Source of the DNA: Chitinophagales bacterium
GTDB lineage: Bacteria > Bacteroidota > Bacteroidia > Chitinophagales > JABDMM01
NCBI GenBank assembly: GCA_013001465.1
Contig: JABDMM010000115.1
Coordinates: 17,407 to 81,406, forward strand
Length of the DNA stretch: 64,000 nucleotides
Reading direction: 5' to 3'
A program made the translations under genes and the position numbers. Shown piece by piece: positions 42,713 through 53,915 of the stretch (its first letter is position 1; every line of letters begins with the position of its first letter). Under the pieces are notes generated by a model, which was not told where the DNA came from, made no database searches, and saw only the letters and a list, made by a program, of their open reading frames with translations.

Positions 42713-45700
42713 ATGCTACATCAACTTATAAAAGAACGTATTCTGGTCATGGACGGTGCTATGGGCACAATGATCCAAAGACATAAACTAAATGAAAAAG
42801 ATTTTAGAGGAGAGCGTTTTATAAGTCATTCAAGCGATTTGCAAGGAAACAACGACCTCCTGTCAATTACACAGAAAAGAATAATCATTGATATACACAA
42901 ACAGTATCTTGAAGCTGGTGCAGATATTATTGAAACAAATACCTTTAACGCAAACCGAATTTCTCAGGCTGATTATGGATTAGAAGATTTCAGTAGGGAA
43001 ATTAACATCGCCGCTGCAGAATGTGCCAGAGCTGCTATAAATGAATTCCAGAAGGAAAATCCAGACAGAATTTGCTTTATCGCCGGCGCGATCGGACCTA
43101 CAAATAAAACTGCATCAATTTCCCCGGATGTCAATCAACCTGGATATCGGGCTGTAAGCTTTGAAGATCTGGTTGAAATTTACAGCGAGCAGGCCAAAGC
43201 ACTGATCGATGGTGGAGTCGATATATTGCTAGTAGAAACTGTTTTCGATACTTTAAATTGTAAGGCTGCTCTGTTTGCAATCGACACCGTTTTTGAAAAG
43301 AAGAAAAAGAAAATTCCTTTGATGGTTTCCGGTACCATTACCGATGCTAGTGGTAGAACTCTCTCAGGTCAGACGCCAGAAGCATTCTATATCTCGATCG
43401 AGCATGCAGATCTCTTCTCTGTTGGTTTAAACTGTGCACTCGGTGCAAAGGAAATGCGACCTCACATTGAAGCGCTTTCTCAAATTGCAGAGTGCAATGT
43501 AAGCGCTTATCCAAATGCCGGACTTCCCAATGAATTTGGAGAGTATGATGAATCACCGGAAGAAATGGCAAAGCATATCGAAGATTTTCTCTCCCATGAT
43601 TTTGTAAATATCATTGGTGGTTGCTGTGGTACAACACCAGAACACGTCAAGGTTTTTTCTGAAGTGGCTAAAAAATATAACCCAAGAGAAATACCGGCAA
43701 GCGATGATCACACACGTTTGAGCGGACTTGAACCGCTTATCATTACAGAAAATACCAATTTCGTAAATATCGGTGAGCGTACAAACGTCACAGGTTCGAA
43801 GAAGTTCGCTAAACTGATCGAAGAAGGGAAACTTGAAGAAGCGCTGAGTGTAGCCCAACAACAGGTAGATAACGGAGCCCAGATCATCGATGTTAACATG
43901 GATGAAGGAATGTTGGATTCTGAAAAAATGATGAAGGAGTTTGTTAACTTGATCGCTTCGGACCCATCTATTTGCAGAGTTCCTGTTATGATCGATTCTT
44001 CGAAGTTCTCTGTGATCGAGGAAGGATTGAAGTGCCTTCAGGGCAAAGGTGTAGTGAATTCTATAAGTCTTAAAGAAGGCGAAGAACCTTTCATAAAGCA
44101 AGCAAAGTGTATAAGAAGGTATGGTGCTGCTGTTGTCGTAATGGCTTTCGATGAATCGGGGCAAGCTGGAACAGCTCAGAGAAAATTTGAAATTTGTGAG
44201 CGTTCCTATGAAATACTGGTCAATAAATGTGGCTTCAAACCTCAGGACATCATCTTCGATCCGAATATTTTCGCTGTTGCCACCGGTATCGAAGAACATA
44301 ATAACTATGCTGTTGCTTTCATCGAGGCCTGCAAAATGATCAAAGCGAAAATGCCTCTTTGTAAGATCAGTGGTGGGGTTAGCAATATTTCTTTTGCATT
44401 TCGTGGCAACAATGCTGTTCGCGAAGCCATGCATTCCGCATTCCTGTATCATGCTATCAAAGCAGGCTTGGATATGGGTATTGTAAATGCAGGCATGATC
44501 GAAGTATATGAGCAAATCCCAAAAGACCTGCTAAAAAAATGTGAAGATGTACTACTGAATAGAAATCCTGAAGCAACAGAAGCGCTTTCGGCATTCGCAG
44601 AAAATGTGAAAAGCGGTGGGAAGGTGATCAAGCAAACTAATGAATGGCGATCCTTTCCGGTGAAAAAGAGACTATCTCATGCGTTGATAAATGGGATCTC
44701 TGATTTCATTGTTGAGGATACAGAAGCAGCAAGAATAGAACTTGCAAGTCCGCTTAAAGTTATTGAAGGGCCATTGATGGACGGCATGAATGAGGTTGGA
44801 GACCTATTTGGTTCTGGTAAAATGTTCCTGCCCCAAGTGGTCAAGAGCGCGCGAGTGATGAAAAAAGCAGTGGCATATCTTACCCCATTTCTGGAAAATG
44901 AAAAGGACTCCGGCAAACCACTGACTAAAGGCAAGATCCTTCTGGCTACTGTAAAAGGAGATGTTCATGATATCGGTAAAAATATTGTTGGTGTAGTGCT
45001 TAAATGTAACAACTACGATGTTGTCGACCTTGGTGTCATGGTGCCTGCTCAAAAAATTCTCGATGCAGCCATAGAAGAAAATGCTGATATCATTGGTCTT
45101 AGCGGATTGATAACTCCTTCATTGGATGAAATGGTACATTTTGCTTCTGAAATGGAGAGGCTTGAAATGAATAAACCTTTATTGATCGGCGGAGCAACAA
45201 CATCAATAATTCATACTGCTGTGAAGATCGATCCCGAATACTCCGGACCGGTGATGCATGTCGTCGATGCTTCGAAGAGTGTTGGGATCGTTAGTAATCT
45301 CTTAAGCGACTCTCAAATGTTGAATACCGCTAAGAAATACAAAGAGGATTACAGTCAGATGCGGGAAGAATACGAAGCACGAAAAGAAAAGATCGAGTAT
45401 GTTTCTTTGGATGAAGCTAGAAACAATCGATTTGTCCCAAGGTTGGATAATGGTCAACTCTCGACTCCAAAATCAACCGGAATACAGATTTTCAAGGATT
45501 ACGATCTGAATGAAATTAGCCGTTATATCGATTGGTCACCATTTTTCAATACCTGGGGTCTCAAAGGTAGATTTCCCCGGATCCTTGAAAGCCCGATATA
45601 TGGTGCTGAAGCGAAAAAACTTTATGATGATGCTACAGCAATGATCGCTAGCATCATTGAAAACAAATGGATAAGAGCAGGTGCTGTCATTGGAATTTTT

Positions 45701-46381
45701 CAAGCACACTCAGAAATGGATGATATCATTCTACAAGACAAAAATGAAAATCATCGCTTGAATTTCATGCGTCAGCAAACGCTTAAGAAAGAAGGTATCC
45801 CAAATTACTGCTTGTCGGATTTTATCGCTGATAAGAATAGCGGGATCGAAGATCATATAGGATTGTTCGCGGTAACAGCCGGATTGGACATCGAAAAGCA
45901 AATTGAAATTTTTGACAGCCAGGATGATGATTACTCATCGATCATGCTCAAAGCACTTGCTGATAGATTTGCTGAAGCCTTTACAGAGCTGATGCATGAA
46001 AAGGTAAGAAAGGACATCTGGGGTTACTCAAGCGATGAAAACCTAAATAACGAAGAACTGATCAGGGAGAAATACAGAGGGATCAGACCTGCTCCGGGCT
46101 ATCCGGCTTGCCCCGATCACACGGAGAAAGCGAAGATATGGGAGATTCTGCATGTGGAAAAAAATACAGGCATAACGCTTACTGAGAGTTTTGCAATGTA
46201 CCCCACAGCATCTGTTAGCGGTTATTATTTTGCTCATCCAAAATCTAAATATATCGGAGTTGGCAGAATAGCTAAAGATCAGGTGGAAGATCTGGCGAAG
46301 CGCAAAGGAATGGAACTTGACGAATTGGAAAGGTGGTTGTCACCAAACTTGAACTATAACAGAACTAAAGTTTCAGTTTAA
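42713..46381 (+). CDS. metH: Cobalamin-dependent methionine synthase
   Basis: Motifs [35 protein letters not shown]12 motif [21 protein letters not shown]. Confidence 0.97.
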   Translation: MLHQLIKERILVMDGAMGTMIQRHKLNEKDFRGERFISHSSDLQGNNDLLSITQKRIIIDIHKQYLEAGADIIETNTFNANRISQADYGLEDFSREINIAAAECARAAINEFQKENPDRICFIAGAIGPTNKTASISPDVNQPGYRAVSFEDLVEIYSEQAKALIDGGVDILLVETVFDTLNCKAALFAIDTVFEKKKKKIPLMVSGTITDASGRTLSGQTPEAFYISIEHADLFSVGLNCALGAKEMRPHIEALSQIAECNVSAYPNAGLPNEFGEYDESPEEMAKHIEDFLSHDFVNIIGGCCGTTPEHVKVFSEVAKKYNPREIPASDDHTRLSGLEPLIITENTNFVNIGERTNVTGSKKFAKLIEEGKLEEALSVAQQQVDNGAQIIDVNMDEGMLDSEKMMKEFVNLIASDPSICRVPVMIDSSKFSVIEEGLKCLQGKGVVNSISLKEGEEPFIKQAKCIRRYGAAVVVMAFDESGQAGTAQRKFEICERSYEILVNKCGFKPQDIIFDPNIFAVATGIEEHNNYAVAFIEACKMIKAKMPLCKISGGVSNISFAFRGNNAVREAMHSAFLYHAIKAGLDMGIVNAGMIEVYEQIPKDLLKKCEDVLLNRNPEATEALSAFAENVKSGGKVIKQTNEWRSFPVKKRLSHALINGISDFIVEDTEAARIELASPLKVIEGPLMDGMNEVGDLFGSGKMFLPQVVKSARVMKKAVAYLTPFLENEKDSGKPLTKGKILLATVKGDVHDIGKNIVGVVLKCNNYDVVDLGVMVPAQKILDAAIEENADIIGLSGLITPSLDEMVHFASEMERLEMNKPLLIGGATTSIIHTAVKIDPEYSGPVMHVVDASKSVGIVSNLLSDSQMLNTAKKYKEDYSQMREEYEARKEKIEYVSLDEARNNRFVPRLDNGQLSTPKSTGIQIFKDYDLNEISRYIDWSPFFNTWGLKGRFPRILESPIYGAEAKKLYDDATAMIASIIENKWIRAGAVIGIFQAHSEMDDIILQDKNENHRLNFMRQQTLKKEGIPNYCLSDFIADKNSGIEDHIGLFAVTAGLDIEKQIEIFDSQDDDYSSIMLKALADRFAEAFTELMHEKVRKDIWGYSSDENLNNEELIREKYRGIRPAPGYPACPDHTEKAKIWEILHVEKNTGITLTESFAMYPTASVSGYYFAHPKSKYIGVGRIAKDQVEDLAKRKGMELDELERWLSPNLNYNRTKVSV

Positions 46382-47277
46382 AGAAGATCGCTTAATGCAG
46401 AATCGACATCATTGTAATTAAAAGCAAATCCACTTTTCTCGATCTTCTCAGAAGAACATCTTTGCGTATCCAGAACCATGGTCGACATCTCCCCCAAAAC
46501 TAATCTAATAGCAAACCCAGGTGCAGGTAACGCAGCAATAACTTTTCTACTGTTTTGTTTGATTGACCTTGTAAAAGCTTTATTCGTTACCGGATTTGGA
46601 GCAACAGCATTGTAGGTGCCACTTATGCTGTTCTCGATGACAAAAGAAAACATGCTGCTCAGATCATCGATATGGATCCAACTATAGTATTGACTTCCAT
46701 CGCCCAGATAAGAAGCTACCCCAAAGAACGCTTTATTCAGAGTTTCAGGAAGAGCCCCGCCTTCCTTTGCCAGAACAATACCTAACCTCAATATGATAAG
46801 ATTGTCACAAACATCCTTGAATTTCAAAGCCTCTTGTTCCCAATCCTCACAGACTTTGGAAAGGAAGTTGTTACCGGCATTGTCGTTCTCAGTCATCATT
46901 TCATCTCCACTATCACCATAATAGCCAATTGCAGATGCACTTACTACCGTCTTAAGGTGTATCTGTTGGTCTTTAAGATACTCAGCGAGAAATTTTGTCG
47001 TTTTAATTCTACTGTCATGAATCTCAAGCTTTCTTTTTTCTGTCCATCTTTCATCCGCGATCCCAGCACCAGCAAGATTTACAAGAACATCCGTATCCCT
47101 AAAAGCAGACTCATCGATCGATCTATTATATGGATCCCATTTGAACCCCTTGGCATCTATACCTTTAATGCTGCCGCTTCTGCTAAGGAATGCAGGTTTA
47201 TGACCACGATCATTAAAATGACTGATGAGATGGCGGCCGATCATGCCACTGCCTCCTGAAATCAAAATGTTTGACAC
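46378..47277 (-). CDS. TIGR01777 family NAD-dependent epimerase (YfcH-like)
   Basis: Motifs [47 protein letters not shown]. Confidence 0.92.
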   Translation of the reverse strand: MSNILISGGSGMIGRHLISHFNDRGHKPAFLSRSGSIKGIDAKGFKWDPYNRSIDESAFRDTDVLVNLAGAGIADERWTEKRKLEIHDSRIKTTKFLAEYLKDQQIHLKTVVSASAIGYYGDSGDEMMTENDNAGNNFLSKVCEDWEQEALKFKDVCDNLIILRLGIVLAKEGGALPETLNKAFFGVASYLGDGSQYYSWIHIDDLSSMFSFVIENSISGTYNAVAPNPVTNKAFTRSIKQNSRKVIAALPAPGFAIRLVLGEMSTMVLDTQRCSSEKIEKSGFAFNYNDVDSALSDLL

Positions 47278-47296
47278 TATTTAAGCTTTTTAAAGA

Positions 47297-47304
47297 TATC
47301 TTTG
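47297..47304 (+). promoter_or_regulatory. Bacteroidota -7 promoter element for the first SBP gene
   Basis: TATCTTTG, 22 nt upstream of the ATG at 47327. Confidence 0.5.
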
Positions 47305-47326
47305 CCTACACAAAATCAATAACTCA

Positions 47327-49144
47327 ATGCAAAAGAACAAGATAAATTTAAAGATTGTTTTCGCTTTTCTGCTTCCATTGTTAATAATGTCATGCACAAA
47401 AGATGGCAAGGAAACAGATGGAAAAGCTATAGAATTTAAGAATACTAAGAACGAGGTCATTATTCACGAATTATCAGATCCTGACAAATTAAATCCAATC
47501 ACTTCTACTAGTGCAAACGGTACTTACATACAAAACCAAATCTGGTTAAGACTTATAGATATCGATCTAAAAAAAGCCGCGATGAGTCCTTCCCTGGCTG
47601 TAGCACTTCCTACCGTTACTGCGGTAGAAGAAGGAGAATATGCCGGTGGAATGAAAATAGAATATGAGATCAGGCCGGAAGCAAAATGGGATAATGGTAC
47701 AGATGTTACCGGTCATGATGTTGAGTTTACGATCAAAACCGCTATGAACCCTAAGGTCGATGCAGAACACTTAAGACCATATTTGGAATTTTTAACCGAT
47801 ATAGAAATCGACAAAGACAATCCGAAAAAATTCATCTTTTGGTGTAAAAACAAATACTTTGATGCGGTTTTTGGGTCAGGGGGTCAGGCACACATTCTTC
47901 CGGAATACCATTACGATCCTGAAAAACTCATGAGAAAAGTTGACCTCAGTGAATTTTCGGATCCAAAGAGAGTTGAGGAATTAAGATCCGATCCGGACCT
48001 AATGAAGTTTGCTCAAGCATTTAATAGCGAAAAGTATCAAAGAGAAAGTGAGTTTATATCAGGAAGTGGTGCTTATACACTTGAGAAATGGACGACACAA
48101 CAACGGATAACTCTCGTGAGAAAGGAAAATTGGTGGGGCGATGCGCTTAAAGGTGTTCAGCCGGTATTTGACGCTGAGCCTAAAAAATTGACATACGAGA
48201 TCATCAATGACCAAACGACATCTATTACCGCATTGAAAGATCAATCTTTGGATGTAATGAGAGGAATCAAGGCGAAAGATTATACTGATCTCCAGAAAAA
48301 CGATAAGGTAAAAAAGATCTATCATTTGTTTGAACCGATGGCATTTGCATACACATACCTTGGAATGAATATGAAAAAAGCCGAGTTAGCTGATGTTCGG
48401 GTACGTAAAGCGATCGGACATCTGTTGGATAGAGAGCAGATCATCGAGATCGTTCTTTACGGACTTGCTGACCCAACTAATGGACCATTTAACCCTGTAA
48501 AACCTTATTACAACAAATCACTTACAGGTTTTGATTTTAATGTCGCTAAAGCAAACCAACTCCTTGACGAAGCTGGATGGGTCGATTCTGACAGTGATGG
48601 AATCAGGGATAAAATGATCGAAGGGAAAAAGCACTCACTAAAACTTGTTTATAAATATAATTCCGGTAATGCGACACGAGAACAGATTGGCTTGTTCCTC
48701 CAGGAAACAGCTAAGCAGGCAGGTATAGCGATAGAAGTAGTTTCAAGGGAATGGACAGTATTTATCGATGAGACTAAAAAACATGATTTCGAAATATATT
48801 GTGGCGGCTGGGTTCAGGATCCAATTTCGGATGACCCAAAACAACTATGGCATACCAATTCATACAATGGAGGAAGTAATTATGTTGGATTCGGTAATGC
48901 TAAAAGCGATGCTCTTATTGAAAAGATACAGGAAACTATAATTGAGGAGGACAGATATAAGATGTACATGGAACTACAGCAAATTATCGCTGATGAGACT
49001 CCATACATTTTTATTTATTCTCCGAGAAACTTGATATCTATTAGCAAACGATTCGATAATGCCGAAGCATACATCGCCCGACCAGGATACAATGAAAGGT
49101 CGCTAAGGCTAGGTATCTCAGGCAATAAAGCTCTTGCGAATTAG
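47327..49144 (+). CDS. Family 5 (Opp/Dpp-type) ABC substrate-binding lipoprotein, copy 1
   Basis: Lipobox IMSC; motifs IRPEAKWDNG.DVTGHDV.FT, GSGAY, DVRVRKAI, LLDEAGW, NYVGFGN. Confidence 0.9.
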   Translation: MQKNKINLKIVFAFLLPLLIMSCTKDGKETDGKAIEFKNTKNEVIIHELSDPDKLNPITSTSANGTYIQNQIWLRLIDIDLKKAAMSPSLAVALPTVTAVEEGEYAGGMKIEYEIRPEAKWDNGTDVTGHDVEFTIKTAMNPKVDAEHLRPYLEFLTDIEIDKDNPKKFIFWCKNKYFDAVFGSGGQAHILPEYHYDPEKLMRKVDLSEFSDPKRVEELRSDPDLMKFAQAFNSEKYQRESEFISGSGAYTLEKWTTQQRITLVRKENWWGDALKGVQPVFDAEPKKLTYEIINDQTTSITALKDQSLDVMRGIKAKDYTDLQKNDKVKKIYHLFEPMAFAYTYLGMNMKKAELADVRVRKAIGHLLDREQIIEIVLYGLADPTNGPFNPVKPYYNKSLTGFDFNVAKANQLLDEAGWVDSDSDGIRDKMIEGKKHSLKLVYKYNSGNATREQIGLFLQETAKQAGIAIEVVSREWTVFIDETKKHDFEIYCGGWVQDPISDDPKQLWHTNSYNGGSNYVGFGNAKSDALIEKIQETIIEEDRYKMYMELQQIIADETPYIFIYSPRNLISISKRFDNAEAYIARPGYNERSLRLGISGNKALAN

Positions 49145-49169
49145 TAGGAGTGGATGCCGATATAAATAT

Positions 49170-49177
49170 TATATTTG
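49170..49177 (+). promoter_or_regulatory. Bacteroidota -7 promoter element for the second SBP gene
   Basis: TATATTTG, 39 nt upstream of the ATG at 49217. Confidence 0.45.
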
Positions 49178-49216
49178 CTGAAACTGAATTTAGAAACTTT
49201 AAATACTCAAAATCAT

Positions 49217-51022
49217 ATGAAGATTGTTAAGATCACCATGTATTCACTGGCACTATTTATCCTTGCAGGATGTGGTGGAAATGGAGGTGAAGAAGGCAGC
49301 GCTGAAATAAATTCAAAACGTGCAGGGATCAATGAAGTGATCACCTGGGAATCAGCAAATCCCGATAAGATAAACCCATTGATCTCAAATTCTGCGAACA
49401 GTGGCTATATCGAAAGATATATCTATCAATCGTTGCTGGAGATCCATCCAACAAACTTCGAATATCTTCCTACTCTTGCAGCGAAAAGACCTCTTATAGA
49501 AGATTATGATGGTTTTGAAGAAGGCGGTCAAAAGATCACCTACGATATCAGACCTGAAGCAAAATGGGATAATGGTTCAGATGTGACTGGTCACGATGCG
49601 GCTTTCTCATTGAAGGTTCTTAAGAATACCAACGTTGATTGCCAGAATGTAAGGCCATATATGGAATTCGTAGAGGACATCATTCTCTATGAAGATGATC
49701 CTAAAAAATTCACATTGGTATGCAGAGACAAATACTTCATGTCTGAAATTTGGTCTTCACTAACGATGTATCCCGAGCACATATTTGATCCAAACAAGGT
49801 CATGAGGAACTATACTGTGCCATGGCTAAATGACCCGGCTAATGCAGATAAAATGAAGTCTGATGAAGATCTGATCGCTGTAGCAGAATCTATGAATTCT
49901 GACGAATATGGCCGTGATCCTGAATTTGTTCAAGGCTCCGGACCTTACAAGCTGCAAGAATTCAAAACTAATCAACGTGTCATTCTGGTTAAAAAGGAAA
50001 ATTGGTGGGGAGATCAGTTTACTGATGAGATCGAAACTATGCAAAATTATCCTGATAAGCTCATATTTGAGATCATCACTGAACCAACCACAGCACTTAC
50101 CGCTTTGAAAGATGAGCAGCTTGATGTAATGCGTGGAGTAAAACACAAGGACTTCTCGATCGATCTTCTTGAAAACAAATCTTTCACTAGTTTATATGAA
50201 TTATACAAGCCGATGGCGTTGCAATACAGTTATATCGGATTGAATATGAAACGTCCTGAGCTTTCTGACAAAAGAGTTAGAGCTGCTTTGGCACATCTCA
50301 TGGATATCGATTACATCCTTGAGGTCTTGCTTTATGATCTTGCAGTACCGATCGCAGGCCCGATACATCCTTCTAAACCTTATCTTAATAAGGATTTGGA
50401 ACCAAGAAAGTACGATCCCGAGCTAGCTAAAAAGTTAATGGATGAAGCTGGTTGGACAGATTCAGATGGCGATGGAGTGAGAAACAAAATGATCGATGGG
50501 CAGAAAACAGATCTAAGCCTTGTTGTAAAATACCCACAAGGTTCCGAAACAGGTGAAAAGATACTGTTGATGTTTCAAGAGAACGCAAGAAAGGCCGGAG
50601 TCAAGATCGATATGATCTCCAGAGAATGGACAGTATTTCTCGAAGAAAACAAGAAGCATGATTTTGATATGTACAGCGGTGGCTGGGTTGCTGCTCCAAC
50701 ATTGAGCGATCTTAAACAAATTTGGCACACCGAAAGCTATAATCGTGGTGGAAACTATGTTGGTTTTGGAAATGCGAGATCAGATGAACTTATTGAGCTC
50801 ATCCGATACGAACCTGATGAAGCAAAGAGAAATGAATATTATCAGGAAATTCAGGAAATTATTTATGATGAAGTTCCTTACATTTTTATGTTCTCGTCTC
50901 TTAGCAGAATAGCAATACATAAAAGATTTGAAGCGGAAGCACATGTCAAACGCCCCGGATATTATGAAGGGTCATTTGTATTACAACCTAATTTTGGAGT
51001 AAGAGCAGTAGCAACGAAATAA
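49217..51022 (+). CDS. Family 5 ABC substrate-binding lipoprotein, copy 2
   Basis: Lipobox LAGC; paralogous motifs IRPEAKWDNGSDVTGHD, GSGPY, DKRVRAAL, LMDEAGW. ATG at 49217 preferred to the TTG at 49175. Confidence 0.9.
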   Translation: MKIVKITMYSLALFILAGCGGNGGEEGSAEINSKRAGINEVITWESANPDKINPLISNSANSGYIERYIYQSLLEIHPTNFEYLPTLAAKRPLIEDYDGFEEGGQKITYDIRPEAKWDNGSDVTGHDAAFSLKVLKNTNVDCQNVRPYMEFVEDIILYEDDPKKFTLVCRDKYFMSEIWSSLTMYPEHIFDPNKVMRNYTVPWLNDPANADKMKSDEDLIAVAESMNSDEYGRDPEFVQGSGPYKLQEFKTNQRVILVKKENWWGDQFTDEIETMQNYPDKLIFEIITEPTTALTALKDEQLDVMRGVKHKDFSIDLLENKSFTSLYELYKPMALQYSYIGLNMKRPELSDKRVRAALAHLMDIDYILEVLLYDLAVPIAGPIHPSKPYLNKDLEPRKYDPELAKKLMDEAGWTDSDGDGVRNKMIDGQKTDLSLVVKYPQGSETGEKILLMFQENARKAGVKIDMISREWTVFLEENKKHDFDMYSGGWVAAPTLSDLKQIWHTESYNRGGNYVGFGNARSDELIELIRYEPDEAKRNEYYQEIQEIIYDEVPYIFMFSSLSRIAIHKRFEAEAHVKRPGYYEGSFVLQPNFGVRAVATK

Positions 51023-51032
51023 ACCGAAGAGT

Positions 51033-52559
51033 ATGTTTACGTATGTTTTAAAGAGAGTACTTTACTTCATTCCTACGCTTTTTATCATTTCACTCTTCAC
51101 TTTCTCGTTGAGTAAAATGGCGCCGGGAGATCCTGTTGAACTAAGACTTCAGGGTGGAATGCAGGGACAAACTGGTAATCTGGACACAAAGCTTGCAGGT
51201 GAAAAAGCTTATTTTGAAATGAGCGATAAGCTTGGCCTTGACAAACCAACATTTTATATAACTCTCTCCTCAGCAGCTATACCTGATACTCTTTACCGGA
51301 TTCAAAAGAAAAATGACAGGTCCACGATAAAAAGGCTGATCAGAAAATATGGTAATTGGGATGAGATCTCAGAATACTACCATGCACTAAAGGATCTCGA
51401 AAATGCTACATACACCATCGAGAGAAACCTGGGAAATGCTGAAAACCTGAGACTCATAAGAGATAATGCGAATGTGCTTTATCTCACTCATGAAGACCCA
51501 AGGATTACACGTCTTATTGCGAGAATGGATACAGCGGTAAAAGTTCCCGTGGATTATGTTGTCGATAGTCAAACAGTGACAGATAACAGCATGATAGCAC
51601 TTAATGATGATATCGAACGTGTTAAAGCAGCTTATGTCGCAGTGAAACAAAATGCCACTCCTGCAAAAAACTACATTCCGGTTCTGAGCTGGTATGGATT
51701 CGACAATCAGTATCATACCTGGCTTTTTGGAGATATCCCATGGTTTGGAAAATCAAAAGATCCTACTAAAACCAGCCTTGGTTTTTTTAGAGGTGATTTT
51801 GGTGAGTCCTATCTCGATGGAAGACCAGTGAAGTCGATACTTTATGAGGCGATTAAGTACACCATGATCCTGAATATTATTTCAGTATTTATCGCATATA
51901 TCATTTCAATACCGATGGGAGTCGAGACTGCGGTGCAGAAAGACACGACATTTGACAGGATCAGCACAACAATGTTATTTATACTTTACTCCCTTCCTAG
52001 TTTCTGGATCGCTACTTTATGCGTCGTATTTATAACAACACCCGAATATGGGATGGATCTCTTCCCCACATATGGTGTCAGTTCATCCACATTAGCAGAT
52101 GATGCCGGCTTTTGGACTAGGTTTAAAGATTCCGCTTACCACTTTATACTTCCTGTTTTCTGTTTAACTTATGGATCTTTCGCGTTTATCTCAAGACAAA
52201 TGCGGGGTGGAATGTTAAGTGTGATACGGCAGGACTATATCAGAACTGCTCAAGCCAAAGGACTAGACAAAGCAAAAGTAGTTTGGAAACATGCTTTCAG
52301 AAATTCATTGATCCCAATTATCACACTCTTTGCAAACTTATTTCCATTAATGATCAGTGGATCTGTGATCATTGAGTATATTTTCAATATTCCAGGTATG
52401 GGTCGTGTGAGTTATGAAGCAGTGGTAGCAAGAAACTATCCCGTACTTTATACCGTGTTTATGTTTTCGGCGATACTGACTATGGTGGGTATACTGGTTT
52501 CAGATATCATGTATGCTGTAGTGGATCCAAGAATTTCTTTTAGCAAAAAAACAGGCTGA
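51033..52559 (+). CDS. Peptide ABC transporter permease (OppB/DppB-like) with a large soluble insertion
   Basis: Motifs APGDP, LGLDKP, GDFGESY, SLPSFW, EAA-loop region DYIRTAQAKGL, HAFRNSLIP, DPRI. Confidence 0.9.
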   Translation: MFTYVLKRVLYFIPTLFIISLFTFSLSKMAPGDPVELRLQGGMQGQTGNLDTKLAGEKAYFEMSDKLGLDKPTFYITLSSAAIPDTLYRIQKKNDRSTIKRLIRKYGNWDEISEYYHALKDLENATYTIERNLGNAENLRLIRDNANVLYLTHEDPRITRLIARMDTAVKVPVDYVVDSQTVTDNSMIALNDDIERVKAAYVAVKQNATPAKNYIPVLSWYGFDNQYHTWLFGDIPWFGKSKDPTKTSLGFFRGDFGESYLDGRPVKSILYEAIKYTMILNIISVFIAYIISIPMGVETAVQKDTTFDRISTTMLFILYSLPSFWIATLCVVFITTPEYGMDLFPTYGVSSSTLADDAGFWTRFKDSAYHFILPVFCLTYGSFAFISRQMRGGMLSVIRQDYIRTAQAKGLDKAKVVWKHAFRNSLIPIITLFANLFPLMISGSVIIEYIFNIPGMGRVSYEAVVARNYPVLYTVFMFSAILTMVGILVSDIMYAVVDPRISFSKKTG

Positions 52560-53905
52560 TGTCAACTGAGATCAAGGAACAAGAAATACAAGATAATGAG
52601 ATCGTATTGCAGGACCGTGAGGTTTTAAACCAGCAAGATCAAAGTTATTGGGGTATTGTTAAACGCCAGTTTAAGAAAAACAGGCTTGCCGTATGGTCGC
52701 TCAGAATGGTTTACTTTATCATATTTATTGGACTGTTTGCAGACTTTATAGCTAATGATAAACCATTGTACTGCAAATATCAGGGAGAGTCTTATTTTCC
52801 GGTAGTAAAAACTTATTTGGTAGACCTGGGTTTAGATAAATGGCCTCGGGAACTGGCAATTGTGAGTTGGAAAGAAATCGAGCTTGAATCTGCAGTATGG
52901 CCACCAATTCCATATTCACCAACTGAGATGGATAAGTATAATGTTCAGTATGTAGGGCCGTTTGATGAACAGCGAAGGATAGAGCAGTCGCGATGGCGGC
53001 ATTGGATGGGAACAGATCAAATAGGCAGGGATGTTCTTGCTGGAATGGTTCATGGGACCAGGATTGCTATGATGGTAGGTATTATTGCGATGGCAATTTC
53101 ATCCATTATCGGTATTTTCTTTGGAGCAATTGCAGGATACTTTGGAGATACAAGATTAAAAGTCTCCAGGATCAGGCTGGTCCTCAATATCATATTTATA
53201 TTTCTCGCTTTTTACTATGCTTTCGGAATGAGATCATTTGTTCTAGGCGATGCTATAAACGATTCGATGGGCTCTTTCGCAGGACAACTCGGAATTAGCG
53301 TTCTGCTCTTTTTAGTAATGGGCATAATTCCCAATATCCTTACAATACCACTGAAGAGAATTCCGTTCTTAGGGAAACAAGTGACAATACCTGCCGATAT
53401 TATAGTATCCAGGTTGATAGAGATCCTGGTTTCTATACCTCGACTTTTGTTGATCCTGGCTATAGTAGCTATTGCAAAACCATCGATATTTTTAGTGATG
53501 GTCATCATTGGAGTAACATCATGGACAGGGATCGCGAGATTCCTTCGTGGAGAACTTTTGAAAGTAAGAAGTCTACAATATATCGAAGCAGCGCAATCAT
53601 TAGGATTCCAGGAAGCACGAATCATCTTCAGACACGCAATTCCGAATTCATTAACATCGGTTTTGATCGTTATTGCATTTGGAATCGCCGGAGCAATTCT
53701 AATCGAAGCAGGGCTTTCATTTCTGGGAATTGGTGTTCAGGCAGATGTGGTAACATGGGGTAAATTATTGAACTTATCCCGTCAAGCTCCTGAAGCATGG
53801 TGGCTGGCAATATTCCCGGGATTTGCAATCTTCGTGACTGTCACAATTTTTAACCTTCTGGGAGAAGGTTTGAATGACGCACTGGATCCCAGACTAAAGC
53901 AGTAG
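52559..53905 (+). CDS. Peptide ABC transporter permease (OppC/DppC-like) with an internal membrane insertion
   Basis: Motifs HWMGTDQIGRDV, EAA motif YIEAAQSLG, RHAIPN, EAGLSFLG, NLLGEGLNDALDP. Confidence 0.9.
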   Translation: MSTEIKEQEIQDNEIVLQDREVLNQQDQSYWGIVKRQFKKNRLAVWSLRMVYFIIFIGLFADFIANDKPLYCKYQGESYFPVVKTYLVDLGLDKWPRELAIVSWKEIELESAVWPPIPYSPTEMDKYNVQYVGPFDEQRRIEQSRWRHWMGTDQIGRDVLAGMVHGTRIAMMVGIIAMAISSIIGIFFGAIAGYFGDTRLKVSRIRLVLNIIFIFLAFYYAFGMRSFVLGDAINDSMGSFAGQLGISVLLFLVMGIIPNILTIPLKRIPFLGKQVTIPADIIVSRLIEILVSIPRLLLILAIVAIAKPSIFLVMVIIGVTSWTGIARFLRGELLKVRSLQYIEAAQSLGFQEARIIFRHAIPNSLTSVLIVIAFGIAGAILIEAGLSFLGIGVQADVVTWGKLLNLSRQAPEAWWLAIFPGFAIFVTVTIFNLLGEGLNDALDPRLKQ

Positions 53906-53915
53906 ATCCAATACA

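Noticed and set aside
43553-44515. 320-aa antisense ORF inside metH
   Set aside because: It lies fully opposite a highly conserved gene and has no recognisable motifs; best explained as a codon-bias shadow ORF.
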